DNA from: Chiloscyllium plagiosum
Taxonomy: Eukaryota
Length of the DNA stretch: 64,000 nucleotides
Assembly: GCF_004010195.1 (NCBI RefSeq)
Contig: NC_057719.1
Location: forward strand, 49,747,662 to 49,811,661
Reading direction: 5' to 3'
The position numbers and the translations under genes were made by a program. Shown here in pieces: positions 11,601-24,172 of the stretch; position 1 is the first letter of the stretch; each line of letters opens with the position of its first letter. The notes beneath the pieces were generated by a model. It was not told the DNA's origin. It saw nothing but the letters and a program-made list of their open reading frames with translations, and did no database searches.

Positions 11601-12316
11601 AGTAATTCAATCAAATGAAACTAGATTTTTTTCAAACTACAGTATATGCTAAAATTCCAGTAGCATTCTGAACATTGACTGATCAATAAACCAGACAACT
11701 GTGCTTCTGTATTATAATCCCTAGAATTAAGAATTGCTGAAGAGACTTGAGAGGACAAAATAAACCAATGAAATGAGATACCACATAAATTCTTGTGGTT
11801 CACTTTCATACCTTATAAAAATGTTACTTAATCCATACTGAAACATAAATCATTACTCTAGCATTGTGGCATAATTTGTGGTCTCCAAAACAATTGCACT
11901 ACATTCATAAATAAACTTTTAGTGCTTCCAAGGGTGGAGATCTCTAGTTTTATTCTCCAGCTCACATAGGTCCTGCAAATTAATAGTTGGCTACATGTCA
12001 ACTGCACAGGAACTATGCACTCAATAGCAAATTGAAGTTCAACACGGGCGAGAGTTTTATACTGCCTCTGCTGATCTGGGAAATAAAGTCAATCTGAAGA
12101 ATGAAATTGCAGTCCAAGCCATTCAGTCAACCTGATAACAGGTGTACTTCATTATCATAAGACCAAATCTATGATTACAACGAGACCATAGAATTATTAG
12201 AATTTCAATGTCTAATGTTCTAAGTGTGGTTCCCAAAGTGTGGTGTGGGATCCCAAGTGTGGATGTAAGCTAAGATTTGAGAGTAACAAGAACCAAGGCC
12301 CCTTTTTTCTAAAAGC

Positions 12317-12921
12317 TGTTCCTTAGCTCAAGGAGACTCTGTCCTTGACTTTTTTCAGAGGTGTAATAAACCGGGCTGGGCTCCGATCAGTCTGGTTTGG
12401 TACAGAGATGAAAAGGGTTTTGAGAGGCCTATTGTTTATATGTAAACAGATGAGACTTCAGGCCAAAGTGGTCATATTTTAGAAGTGACCTGTATAAAGA
12501 AAGGGGAGTGGTCAGCTCGCTAACTGGGCAGATTTGGTTCCGTTTTGAACTGGCTGGAAGTTCAACAGAGAGCTGTGTGGAAACCCTCTCTCTCTTTTTT
12601 GCCCTTCAACTTCAACCTGTAAGCATGTGTTCCATTTATACTGCTTTTTAAAGGGAGTTTGTTTATTGGGACTGTTGTGTATATTCGGAACAGCATAATT
12701 AAGTCTCGTTTCGATAGGCTGAGTTCTGTAGAGGTTCTTTAGTCTGTTCTTTGTGCTTCATTGTGTAATTTTGTGAATACATTTTTGTCTGTTTTAAAAT
12801 CTAGTAGTCAACCTAGCTATCTGGGTAATTTTCACTTTACACTAACCAAAACAAATTGCAAAGTTATGGTCTGAGCTGCCTGCTTAAGAATGTTTTGAGT
12901 GGTCTGACCTAGTCCATAACA
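12317..12921 (+). mobile_element. Solo-LTR-like sequence
   Basis: About 600 bp bounded by TGTT...ATAACA with TATA-like tgtataaag (~12491) and a T-rich 3' part; no clean TSD; left boundary uncertain. Confidence 0.4.
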
Positions 12922-13459
12922 ATGGGCACTGTAAGGCTCCAACCAAGTTACAACAGCTGTATTCCTGCTTCAATGGACCCTTACTTTCATCTTTTTCACC
13001 AAGATGCTGTGACAATTTTCACAATTCAAATGGAGTCACAGTGGGAAGATGAATGGGAAGCATTGCTATAAAGCATTACTCAAAGTCATTCAAATTTGTT
13101 AATGTGCGAAGCATTTTGTAATTTCCCCATAATGGATTTAGTCTGGTTATACTTCTGACAGAATGTGTACATATTGAATCCTTTTGATGAAGAACATTGT
13201 AGCATTCATTGAGGCATTTTATACATTAAGACCATCTTTTTACATTTTCAGAAAGTACATAAAACAGGTTAGTGGTGACTGCAGTAAACATTCTGCAAAA
13301 CTTTATTATTGAAGCATCGACATGCCAAAAATAAAACAGAAAAATTATGGGTAACAGAAAACCGCCTGGTTGTCTTAGAACTGGAGAACAGTTGTTCTTG
13401 GTCATCCTGGTGAAGAGATAATCAGCGAGATAAAATCATACAGAAAGCAGAAGAGATCT

Positions 13460-13770
13460 CAGAGTCATAGAATTCGACAGCATGGAAACAGACCCTTCAG
13501 TCCAGTTTGTCCAACCAGATATTCGAAATTAATCTAGTTCCATTTGCCAGCACTTGACCCATGCCTCTCTAAACCCTTCATATACCCATTCAGATGCCTT
13601 TCCAAAGTTGTAATTGTACCAGTCTCCACCAATTTCTCTGGCAGTTCATTCCATACACAGACCACCCTCTGTGTGATAAAGTTGCCCCTTAGGTCCCTTT
13701 TAAATCTTGCCGCCTCTCACCCTAAACCTATGCCCTCTAGTTTTGGATTTCCCCACCCTGAAGAAAATAC
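13460..13770 (-). mobile_element. CR1 3' end
   Basis: Reverse complement of the tail seen at 2230-2475 (ctatgactct) with an FITQRVVCVWNELP motif. Confidence 0.9.
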
Positions 13771-13853
13771 CATGGCTATTCAGGAACATACAACTTGGGC
13801 TTTCCAAAAGATTGCAATTTAAGCAATTAATTGTTGTATTGCAACAGTTAACA

Positions 13854-14538
13854 TAGGTTTTGGATTTTGCAGTCCGCAACCAGCAAGTTTGAAAGTGGTG
13901 ATGAATGGGTGGGGACAGGGCTTGTAAAGTCCAGAAGGTGGTCTTCCTATTGCCTACACATCTGACCCTGAACTGATAGGTACAGTGAAGGTGTCAAGTG
14001 ATCTGTTCACACTTGGGCCATCAAGGCACTTGAGAGGCCCATTAATGGCTGCTTAAGAGCCCTATTCTGTCCTGCAAGTTATTTACCTGCATTGGCGGGA
14101 GGCCCACACCACACAGGAAGCCTCCACCTATCGCTGCACAAACAGATATCAAGCAAGGGGAGAGAGACCTTCTTTTATGAATCCCCTGGTATCATCAAAA
14201 GCAGCCCAAAAACCCCAATGTCCTTTAGCCCTCCCTCCAGTTCCTGAACTTGGTCCCCCTCTCCTCTCCAGATCATTCAATTCCTGACTTTCATGGGCTT
14301 CTTGACATAGTGGGACTACATGTAAACAACAGTTTGTAGCCTCAGTTCCAGCAAAGACAGCAGAGCTGCCAGGCATCCTAATGGATGGTAATTCTCCGAT
14401 ATGGAAATTCTTCCCAATGTTAATGCCAAAGTCTCAACATCAGACAATAATGCTGTTCACAGTTTGAAATTGCTGTGGACGGAACCTGATGTTTTCTATG
14501 AGGGACAGGGACCAGTGCACCCAGTAAAATCCAGCCCA
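13854..14538. mobile_element. Old MITE-like DNA element (possibly Harbinger-type)
   Basis: Degenerate terminal inverted repeats taggttttggattttgc ... gtaaaatccagccca; similar ends near 18160 and 46310. Confidence 0.4.
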
Positions 14539-16109
14539 GTATCCCCCAGTTCTTAGCAACAGTATTCATCATTATTGCTTCGGACTCAAGCAAATCAAAA
14601 ATGTTCCTAATCTTTTAAATGCACAGACAAGATAATATTTTATTTTGATGGTACAAAGAATGGTGAAGACTATATTTGACTAATTTTACATTTCATACAT
14701 TAAGACTTGCAATTTTTTTGGTACAAAACTAACACTTTAATATAAGTAGTCCTTGGAATAAGGTGTTAATATTGATGCTGTCCATTTAACAGAATCTCTG
14801 CAGAAAAGTTTTTCAGTTTGACCTTAATTCAACAACTAAGTCTACATGAAGCATTTTATTTTTTCTACATTAATGAACATCTCATCACTTAGAATACTAG
14901 TGTAAAGTGGAAATGTAGTAAATGAATGCATAAATGCATTTAATAGTGCGGCTAAACCCAATAGCATAATTCTCAAGCTTTGAACCAGCCACTGAAACAC
15001 ATAACTCATATTCCCCATGGGCAAATATCTGAAAGCAAAAACATTTGTTTTTAATAGTAAACCTACTCAAAGCCTTAATTTATATCACAACCTACAGAAA
15101 GCTGAAGTTGTTACTCTGTTAATTTAAGGCAGATATTGCATTTTCCACCAGCAGCAGTATACACAATTTTCCAATACGCTTCAATAATATTTAGTTAGCA
15201 GAACATGCATTTCTTCTTTTAATAACAAAATCTTTTGTTTTTACCCAAGTACTTGCAAGTTAAATTATATATGTTTAGATAGAGAGCTTTACTGTATTAA
15301 TTGTGAGATTGACAGAGAAATGAATGGCCAGATAAGTTATGCTGTTATTGATGTTCAAATTTTAAACAGTCTAGCAAATCAAAAATACTAAGCTGTGATA
15401 AACTTGAGAATACTCCCTACTTTAAAAAAATCTTTCATTGAAGTAATAGAAGTAAGAACACAAGTTCAAGCTTATGCCGCAGAGAATCAGTTCAGAGACT
15501 GGATTTTTTGCAGTGACACATCACAAAGTCCTGTTATGTCATGGTGTTTTACAAAGTAACTACTGCTCACAAAAGCTTTCTCCCCTCCAAAATTATGGGG
15601 CTCTTTGGCCCATACAAGTTCACAATGACTGGGCGTCTCGACAGCTCGGGAGCAAAAGAACTTAAGCTTATCTGGCACTGCTAGCAGAAAGACAGACACT
15701 GGATACTATTAATTTAGAGTGATCCTGAAGCAGGCTCATGAAGAAAGTGCTGTGAGCACTGCGTTGAAATTGTTGATACTTTTGTTCTTTCCTCATTGCT
15801 GGAATACAGGTTTTGTCTGCTCTACATGCTAAAACAGTTTCAATTCAAACAATCATTTTTTTTTGGATATTGATGCATAATGGGATAAAATTTAATTATT
15901 TTATAGATGGAGAAAGCACAGATTTGATCTGCCATCAAATGTTTTACAACTGCAGCAAACGACTCCTGTGCCTATGCCTTAGCGAGGTGACACATAGCCT
16001 TCAGTATGTGCTGCAGCCAAATTGTTGTTCTTAAAAACATTCTATCATTTTGAAGGGAAGCTGCACTGAATGGTAAGAGGCTGCAACTGAGCCCTGCTGC
16101 TGCAATTCC

Positions 16110-17200
16110 AAACATGGAAAATGGACATGCCAAGCAGGAGAGGGCTTCAGGAGTCACAGATGCAGTTCTAGAGATCTGCTGGAGGAAATGGACCAGAGGA
16201 AAAGTGACATGCAACCTCAGGAACCAAGAAAGCGCTTGAGATCAACCTTGATGGAATTGGAAGCAGGTAGACAGGGACATCGGCATGGAGTTTAAGGGTA
16301 GAAGATTATGTTGGAAGTGTATAAAAAGTTGGCTGGGCCATAGCTGGAGTACTGTGTGCTGTTCTGATGGCCACATTATGGAAGGGATGTGATTGCACTG
16401 CTGGGTGCAGAGATGGTGCCAGAGCTGGAGAGTTTTAGTTATAAAGAGAGATTGGATAGACTGCTTTCTTTGGAGCAAAGGAAGCGGGGGGGGGGTCATG
16501 ATTGAGATGTATAAAGTTATGAGGAGCACAGACAGGGAAGAAATGTTTCCCCTTAGTGGAGGAGTCAATTATCATGGAGCATAGATTTAAGGTAAGGGGC
16601 AGAAGGTTTACAGGGGATGTGAGAAAAAAATGATTTCACCCAGAGAATGGGAATCTGGAACTCACTGCCCGTAAGGGTACTAAAGGCAGAAACCTTCATA
16701 ACATTAAAGAAGTATTTAGATGTCACTTGCAACACCAATCATACAAGTGCTGGAAAATGGGATTAGAATAGTTAGGTGGTTATTTTTGACCTGCATAGAC
16801 TCGATGGTACAAAGAGGCTTTTTTCTGTGCTGTGGACCCTCTATGACTCTAAGCCGATTCCAAGCACCTGAACCCAAGGATCTTGCAATGAGAATCAATG
16901 ACCTATGCAGATGATCAAGTGATCAATACCAGAAAATGCACCTTCACATCAAATATCCTACAAGCCTCTCACATCATGCAATGCACCACACTTCATTAGC
17001 AGTCCCTGGAACTCTAGATTCAGTAATATTCAGATACTGCATCTACCAATGCTTACCATACTCATGTCCACCTTTTACGGCTCCATATGCTTCACTCACA
17101 CAGTGCACTAACAGCCAAAGGAAGGACAAAGTGGCACACAAAAGAAGGGAGAAGAGCAAGACTGATGGTGGACAAGAAGCTTATATTTCCTAGGAGCTGA
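16110..17200 (+). pseudogene. Decayed Harbinger-type Myb/SANT-like (MSANTD4-like) gene split by a CR1
   Basis: ERASGVTDAVLEI..LEEMDQR (~16135-16200), INDL (~16895) and DKVAHKRREKSKTDGG (~17124-17171) match the pattern F(S/T)D..LE.L...FNDL...K.AHNRRE...TGGG. Confidence 0.6.
16235..16850 (+). mobile_element. Degraded CR1 3' portion
   Basis: LEYCVLF, MIEMYKVMR and ctatgactcta tail. Confidence 0.85.
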
Positions 17201-17779
17201 TTCCCTGCATCATTTGACCAGTTGTGACAGAGCCCTTGGCATGCAACATTGAGGAGAACTTGATGATTACAACGAGGAGGACAATGTGGTTCATGCTTTA
17301 TTTTCCTTTTCAAGTCACAGCTCATCCTGTTGTCTGCTATGATGAGCAAGCTTTGCTTAGATCACTTCACTTTGCACCCCAACCCCTTTCCTAAACCTGG
17401 CCTTGGTCATCTAGTTTTATGCCTTCATAAACCCAGGAACTGTCTTCATAACTCTTGGAAGGAGAGGCAGCAATGTGATAGCACTGTTGAATAGCCCCTA
17501 TCACTTGATCTAATACCCACATCCAGCAGCTTAGACACTGGCACTGTTTGTACTGTAGAGACTAACATTGTGATGTGACCAGCATATAGTGAGTCATCCA
17601 AGTGTTAATTCCCCGGCAACAAGGCCACGGGTAAAGAATGGCTCATTTGATATGGTCACCAGATGGCAAGGTTCACATGCCAGTCTGCTATGGGTGCCTC
17701 AAAATGAGGCCCTTGATGGGGTAGCATCCAGAAACATGATAATGGCACATTCTCCAAGATGCTGAATATACCAGGTGAC

Positions 17780-18140
17780 TTACCATTAAGCTTTTGAAAA
17801 ATGTCATACCTCTTGTGTTAGAAGCAACGCTGAAAAGGCTAGCAATTGTCACCCATCCATTTCATACCCTTGAATTACCCTTTTACCCTTGCTTAGCCAT
17901 TTCAGAGTAAATCGCATTGCTCTGGATCTGGAGTGAAATCATGTAAGGACAGAAGATTTCCTTCCTTCCATTAAGGACATTAGTGGGCTAAATGAGTTTT
18001 TATGATGAGGTTCATTTTCATCGTTACTGAGACCACCGTTCACTTTCAGTGTTTTTAATTAATTAAATATACATTTCATCAGATGTTTTAGTAGGATTTG
18101 AACCTATGCCCCCAGAATATCACTATGCAACCATCTCCCC
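17780..18140 (-). mobile_element. Old tRNA-derived SINE (second family)
   Basis: Shares cagatttccttcc..aaggacattagtg and ggatttgaacc (B-box reverse complement) with copies at 22520, 33290 and 34650. Confidence 0.55.
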
Positions 18141-19039
18141 CTAATATTCTGAAAATCCAATCCCATTTGCTAATGACTCATTAAGTATTTTGCCCTAAAT
18201 CAATAATTAGGCCACAATTCTTCAGAAATAAAGGTACGATGGTTAATGTATTCAGAACCAGCAGTGTCCTGTACATCTATTAATTTGTTATCTTGGGACA
18301 ACATCTGTAGCAAATAACATCAATTCACTGACAGTTGCAGTGGCAGCATGCAGCGTTCCAAATACACAAGTCCCTTGCCATGTGTGCATACTTCCCACAA
18401 CGGTTAAACTAATTGGATTCCTGATCAGCAAAAACAGTATTTCAGTTAAATCGACTGGTAGGGCAGTAGACCATGTCACCTTCTGAGAAAAAGCAATTGC
18501 AACTACTGAGCACTCCAAATCAGTTGCTGCTCTTCCTAAGTACTCAGTTCTGACCATTTCTTTCTTTCAAAGTTTAGCGATATTTTCTAACATTATTGAA
18601 AAGAGTATTATCGTGTGATGTCCTTTTTATCTTGAATGTGGAAAATAGGCAAGTGCCCACTGATTAATTCAGATGTGGCGATTTGTGGATAGTTTTCAAA
18701 TAAAAATATAGATGATCAGAAGCAGGAATGTACAGTTCATGAATAAAGAACAATTACTAGAATAAATGCTTACTGCCAATATTCCACAGTCCACCTCATG
18801 CTGTCAGTTGACAGCTAAGTGTATGATCCTGTTCAACCATCCTCGTCAAGTATGATAAATGTCAATGTGCATACAAATGAATTGACTCCATATGACAATA
18901 CAAATTGTCTGAGGCAGCATAGAAGCCCTGAAAACATCTAAGCTGTAATAATTCTGCCCTCAGAAAAACCTGTTCCCATGTTATAATACTGGTAACCACC
19001 TGACAATGTAGAAATGTGAAAAAACCTAATCTATCCAAT

Positions 19040-19690
19040 ACTTCCACTGTATCGAAGTATTCAGACTACTTGTCTAGCATCCATTACCAGATGAGTCAGA
19101 ATTTCTTCCAACTAAATATTGGAAAAATCCAAAGCTATTTATTGTATTCAATCCTGCCACAAACTCCACTCTCCAACCACCAAGTCCATTCTCTCCTTGG
19201 CAACAGTTTGAGGCTGAGCTAGATTGCTGCACTAGGAGAAAGTGAGGACTGCAGATGCTGGAGATCAGAGTTTAAAAATGCATTGCTGGAAAAGCGCAGC
19301 AGGTCAGGCAGCATTTTCCTTCTCCCTAGATTACTGCACCCTTGGTGTCATACTTTACCCCATGATGAGTTTCTGACAATATATTTATTCTATCACAAAA
19401 CTGCCTATTTTCACCTCTGCAACATCACCCACTTCAGTTCCTTCCTCAGCTCATTTGGTGTTAAAATTCTCATCCGTGCCTTTGATTCTTTTATCCATGC
19501 CTTTGATTCCTGTAGACTTGACCATTTCAATTCACCTTTGATCAGCTTCCCATCTTACACCTTCTTTAAGCTTAAGCTCATCTAAACCAGGACTGTTCGT
19601 GTCCCAACTCACATGTGGTAAACTCTATTTATCTATCACCCATTTTCACTAACCTAAAATGGCACCAGACACCAAAGCTTCCCCATGTTA
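19040..19690 (+). mobile_element. L2 LINE RT C-terminal remnant
   Basis: MSQNFFQLNIGK, KTAYFHLCNI and IHAFDSCRLDHFNS (L2 pattern AFVTSRLDYCNS). Confidence 0.75.
19233..19325. mobile_element. Truncated Penelope-derived mini-element
   Basis: taggagaaagtgaggactgcagatgctgg... start; TSD ctagattgctgcac (19219-19232) / ctagattactgcac (19326-19339). Confidence 0.8.
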
Positions 19691-19732
19691 AAAGACTCTA
19701 TGTGCATGCCCATGTCATGGGCTATACTTCAA

Positions 19733-19975
19733 ATCATGGAGTTATACAGCATGGAAACAGATCTTTCAGTCCAACTCATCCATGCTTATCAGACATCTCA
19801 ATTTGACCTTGTTCCATTTGCTAGCAGTTGGCCCATATCTCTCTAAACCTTTCCTATTCATATGCCCATCCAGATGCCTTTTAAATGTTGGAATTGTACC
19901 AGCCTCCACCACTTCCTCTGGCAGCTCATTCCATACATTCACCACCCTCTGTGAAAAAGTTACCCCTCAGGTTCT
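19733..19975 (-). mobile_element. CR1 3' end
   Basis: Same family as 13460-13770. Confidence 0.85.
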
Positions 19976-20087
19976 TGCATTGTTCTAACATTCTATGTTC
20001 AATTGGTAAACTTAATCTGTAGTTTCCAGGGAGAAATTAATAAAATCTACCTTTTTAATATGAAGTGGAACTGTCTGTACTTGGTAT

Positions 20088-20365
20088 TTAGATTACTTAC
20101 AGTGTGGAAATAGGCCACACTGACCCACCAAAGCGCAACCCACCCAGACCCATTCCCCTAATACTACGGGCAATTTAGCATGGCCAATTCACCTAACCTG
20201 CACATTTTTGGACTGTGGGAGGAAACCAGAGCACCCAGAGGAAATCCACACAGACATGGGGAGAACGTACAAACTCCACACAGAGACTCACCTGAGGCGG
20301 GAATTGAACCCAGGTCTCTAGCGGTGTGAGGCAGCAGTGCTAACCACTGTACCACTGTGCCACCC
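20088..20365 (-). mobile_element. HE1 SINE
   Basis: A-box-like tggtacagtgg, B-box ggttcaattcc, V domain and tail. Confidence 0.9.
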
Positions 20366-20384
20366 CAGGCAGATTTGCTCCATG

Positions 20385-20560
20385 CACTTGTACAGTGTTT
20401 AGCCTGTAATTGTGTTTGCAAAGTTTTGTGTTCAGTGTATTATTCTGTGACTGGTCTGCTGTATGTTGCTTGTAATTGTTTCTCTGTGCAGCGTGGTGTT
20501 TAGTCTGTAATTGTCTGCCTGTGCTGTTGTATATTCAATCTGTAATTGTGTACCTGTGGT
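20385..20560. repeat. Degenerate ~35-bp minisatellite
   Basis: tgtaattgt recurs at 20405, 20471, 20506 and 20541. Confidence 0.55.
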
Positions 20561-20669
20561 CACTTTAGTTGGAAGACGTACAAAATATCATCCTGGAATC
20601 TCTAGGACGATATTAGAACAGTGGCCTTTGAGGGGGTCAGGTACAACTCAATCCTCCAGAACACCAAAA

Positions 20670-21085
20670 GGAAAGACTAGCACTTTTCATAAACACTTAA
20701 CATTCCAAAGTACTTTATAGCCTTGAAGTGCCTTTGAAATACAGTGTGGCTGTCAATTTATGCAAAACAAACTCCGACAATTAGCAATGAAATATTGACC
20801 AGTTAAGCTGCACATGAGAGGTTGACTAAAGGCCAAATATCAGTCTAGACACCAGAAATAACTGCCCTGCTCTTCTTCAAAGTAATGCCAAAGAATATTC
20901 AATGTCAATGTGAGAGGGTTGATAGGTCCTTGTTTCTAACGTCTCATCTATAGATCGCACCTCCAACAGTGTAGCGCCCCTCAGTGTTACACAGGGAGTG
21001 TCAGCCTGGACTTACAAGTGCTGAAGTGGAACTTGAATCCACGACCTTTTGATTTCAAGACAATAGTTCTTCTCACTTAGCCACA
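20670..21085 (-). mobile_element. DeuSINE (SacSINE1/AmnSINE1-related), near full length
   Basis: Minus strand has a tRNA-like head, Deu-domain motifs gctacactgttggaggtgcg..gatgagacgttag and gaagaagagcaggg, and an L2-like tail. Confidence 0.7.
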
Positions 21086-21644
21086 ACTAACACAGAATGG
21101 AAAAGGCTGAGAAGCAAAGATCTGAGGAAAGAGGGAGGATTCCTTAGAGCTGGCTACGTTGCCAGAATTTAACTTGTGTTCCAGCTTTTTGGGTCTCATT
21201 CTGTACACAGTGAAAATCTCTCTCCTAGTGGTAGGCTGTGGGTATGACATATACCTCATGGTGCACTTTGAATGGTAAGCTGACTGTTTGCCTTTCTGGT
21301 GCATAAAATTGGTGTCTATTCCATGCAACTGAGGTTTCCCTGAAGCCTTGTACAAATAATTAATAACTAAACTTTGTACCTAATTTCTAAAACAAAATGC
21401 TGAGATTACAAACTCCATCTTTGGGGAATTCTGTGTTAGAAATGGTACTTCTGAGAAATAGGTCACATTTCAACAGCATTGTGTGACAATGTTAGTGCAG
21501 CCTATACTAGTTATAGTACCACCTGAAACAATGCAGCACTCCACACAGTCTTGCCTGGTTTAGGCTGCCCCACGTGTATCCAGGTGGTCCCAAGACTCTT
21601 GGTAGACCTTAATGTTCACTGACCAATTTACAGTTTACAATTAC

Positions 21645-21845
21645 GAAAGCCATAAGTGTGATCTTCCAAAGACGTGATGCACCCTGCTGATGTCATGCAG
21701 ATTTCCAGCTTGCATTCCTGTCCTGTGTTCTGTAGTTCTAGGTTTTCTGTGTCAATGCCAAGGAGTGGAGATGGCGACTTGCCCCCAGCCATTGGAAAGT
21801 TGTGACCCAGGCAAGATATTTTACAAAGGTGATTTCCTGAAATTC
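21645..21845 (-). CDS. slc35f4: Candidate internal exon homologous to the SLC35F4-specific N-terminal exon
   Basis: Open frame ISGNHLCKISCLGHNFPMAGGKSPSPLLGIDTENLELQNTGQECK... resembles recalled human SLC35F4 ...KPGANCP...QLSPLSVTEDSSAPILELQNQG. Acceptor ttctgtcaaacag|GA and weak donor TTC|GTAATT give a 201-nt phase 1-1 exon; boundaries uncertain. Confidence 0.55.
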
Positions 21846-22519
21846 CTGTTTGACAGAATGGCACAGATCTTGCACCAATTACCTATCAATGGAAAGAGAA
21901 CAACAGAATTTCAGATAATTGCTTATCAGATGCTATCGAATGATGGTTTGCAGGTTTTCTGGTCGTGTCTCAATGCACAACCCATCCCAGCTCAAATTCT
22001 ACAGCAGGTCAGCTGTGGTTTGGTGGGTTGCATTTCAACTGTATCACGAGGTCATGGATTCAGGGACTTAAACACAAAATTCAGTCTATGTTCAGTGCAG
22101 TACTGAGGGACAGCTGCAGTACTGTCAAAATTCTCTTACAGAAGGCAGTGTTTCACTGTCAGAAAGCAGAGCTGAGAGTGCACTGCACTGCCAAATGTTG
22201 TTACTGGGGAGTGCTGCACTGTTGGAGGGTCAGTGCTGAAGGATGGTGAGCATCCTCCTTGCTTCAAGGGTTTACCAGAACAGACATTGGCATCCAATTA
22301 AACAACTTTCAAATTTTCATCCTTGTTCTTAAGTCTGCATAGGACTTCATCCCTGATATAGGATGGGAACATCATCGCCTCTGAAATTCCCTTACCATTC
22401 TGACTGAGATATTGTATAAATTTCTGCTTCTTTATCATCACTGACTCAAAATCGTGGAATTTCACACCGAACATTGTTGTGAGAGCATCATCCCCACAAC
22501 TACTGCAGCAGTAGCTTCC

Positions 22520-22820
22520 ATCGGAGGCACTGATGTCGAGATAATGTCCCTGAACCAGTCATCCGGAACCCCAGACTAGTGAGCTAAGGATAGGGCTTTG
22601 AATCCCATCGTGGCAAATGGTGACATTTGAATTTTTTTTAAGTTTGGAATAAAACACTAGTTTAAAGATTAATGCAACCATTGTCTTAAATCCCATCTGG
22701 CTCACTGATGACCTTTAGGGAAGGACACCTGTCATCTTTGCTTAGTCTGGTCTACTCTCACTGGGATGGGGAATAAGTTCCTAGCCAGCAACTCTTGCAT
22801 CACATGAACAAATAAAAAAG
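22520..22820 (+). mobile_element. Old tRNA-derived SINE (second family)
   Basis: tttgaatccca B-box-like motif and cccatctggctcactgatgacctttagggaagga core. Confidence 0.6.
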
Positions 22821-22877
22821 GCCCATCCCTATTTTCTCAGGGTAACCTGAGATGGGCAATTCAGGCATTGCTGGTAT

Positions 22878-22985
22878 TAGGTAAAAGTGAGGACTGCAGA
22901 TGCTGAAAACCAGAGTCTAGATTAGAATGGTGCTGGAAAAGCACAGCATCTGAGGAGCAGGAAAATCGACATTTCAAGCAAAAAC
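22878..22985. mobile_element. Penelope terminal-repeat fragment
   Basis: taggtaaaagtgaggactgcagatgctg...ggagcaggaaaatcgac. Confidence 0.75.
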
Positions 22986-23261
22986 CATTGCCCTGAGAAT
23001 GAGAAGAAAAGTCTAAGATAATTCTTTTCTCGTATCATATATTTCTTGATGAGTTTTCTCATTTGAAAGGGCTGCACATAGTACCATTTGTTTAGCATTT
23101 TCTATTTAGGAAAGATATGAAATATTAAATATCTAAAACACAACATGTCTTTCTGATTCCAGTGACTCAACTGCTTAGGATTCTCTAATTATGCTGGTGA
23201 GTATTTTCAATACTGATTTAGCAAGGGATGATTAATGGTGAGTTTAGCTTGTTGTTTATCT

Positions 23262-24172
23262 AGATGAAGGTATTCTGGATAAGTTTGCAGACGATGCAAC
23301 AATAGATAGAGGGACAGATAGCATTGAGGAGGTGGGGAGCTGCAGAAGGATTTGGATAGATTAGGAGAGTGGGCAAAGAAGTGGCAGATGGTAAAGTTTG
23401 AAGTCATACACTTTGGTAGGAAGAATAGAGGAAAGGATTATTTTCTAAATGGGGAGAAAATTCAGAAGTCTGAAATGCAAAGAGACTTGGGAGTTCTAGT
23501 CCGGGATTCTCTCAAGGTAAACTTGCAGGTTGGGTCAAGTCGTTTAGAAATGATGGCATTTATTTTGAGAGGACTTGAACATAAAAGCAGGGATGTATTT
23601 CTGAGGCTCAATAAGGCTCCAGTCAGACCACATTTGGAATATTGTGCATAGTTTTGGGCCCGATATCTCAGGAAGGTTGTACTGGCCCTCGAGCACATTA
23701 CAGGGGGTTCACGAGAATAGTCCCAGGAATGAACAGCTTCACATATGAGGAACATTTGAGAACTCTGCGTTTATACTCGATGGAGTTAAAAAGGATGAGG
23801 GAGGGATCTAAACGAAACATAGAGAATACTGAATGTCTTGGACAGAGTGGATGTTGGGAAGATGATTCCATTGATAGGAGAGACCAGGACCAAAGAGAAT
23901 AAAGGGAAGATCTTTTAGAATGGAGATAAGTAGAAACTTGTTCAGTCAGAGAGTGGTAAATTTATGGAATTCATTGCCACAGAAGGCTGTGGAGGCAAGA
24001 TCATTGAGTATATTGAAGACTGAGATAAATAGGTTCTTGAGTATCAAGTGGATCAAGGGTTATGGGAGAAAGCAGGAGAATGGGGTTGAGAAACTTATCA
24101 GCCATGATTGAATGGTACAGCAGACTCGATGGGCTGAATAGACTAATTTCTGCTCTCATGTCTTATGGTCTT
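23262..24172 (+). mobile_element. CR1 3' half
   Basis: KFADD, VRPHLEYCA, FSQRVVNLWNSLPQK and tcttatggtctt tail. Confidence 0.9.

Noticed and set aside
18288..18557. 89-aa ORF in unique sequence
   Set aside because: No recognisable family or splice signals; length expected by chance.
20385..20560. Regularly spaced repeats as a possible CRISPR-like array
   Set aside because: Degenerate minisatellite with related rather than unique spacers, in a vertebrate genome with no cas genes.
21077..21355. 92-aa minus-strand ORF near the candidate exon
   Set aside because: No recognisable homology and no convincing splice sites; it ends inside the DeuSINE head.
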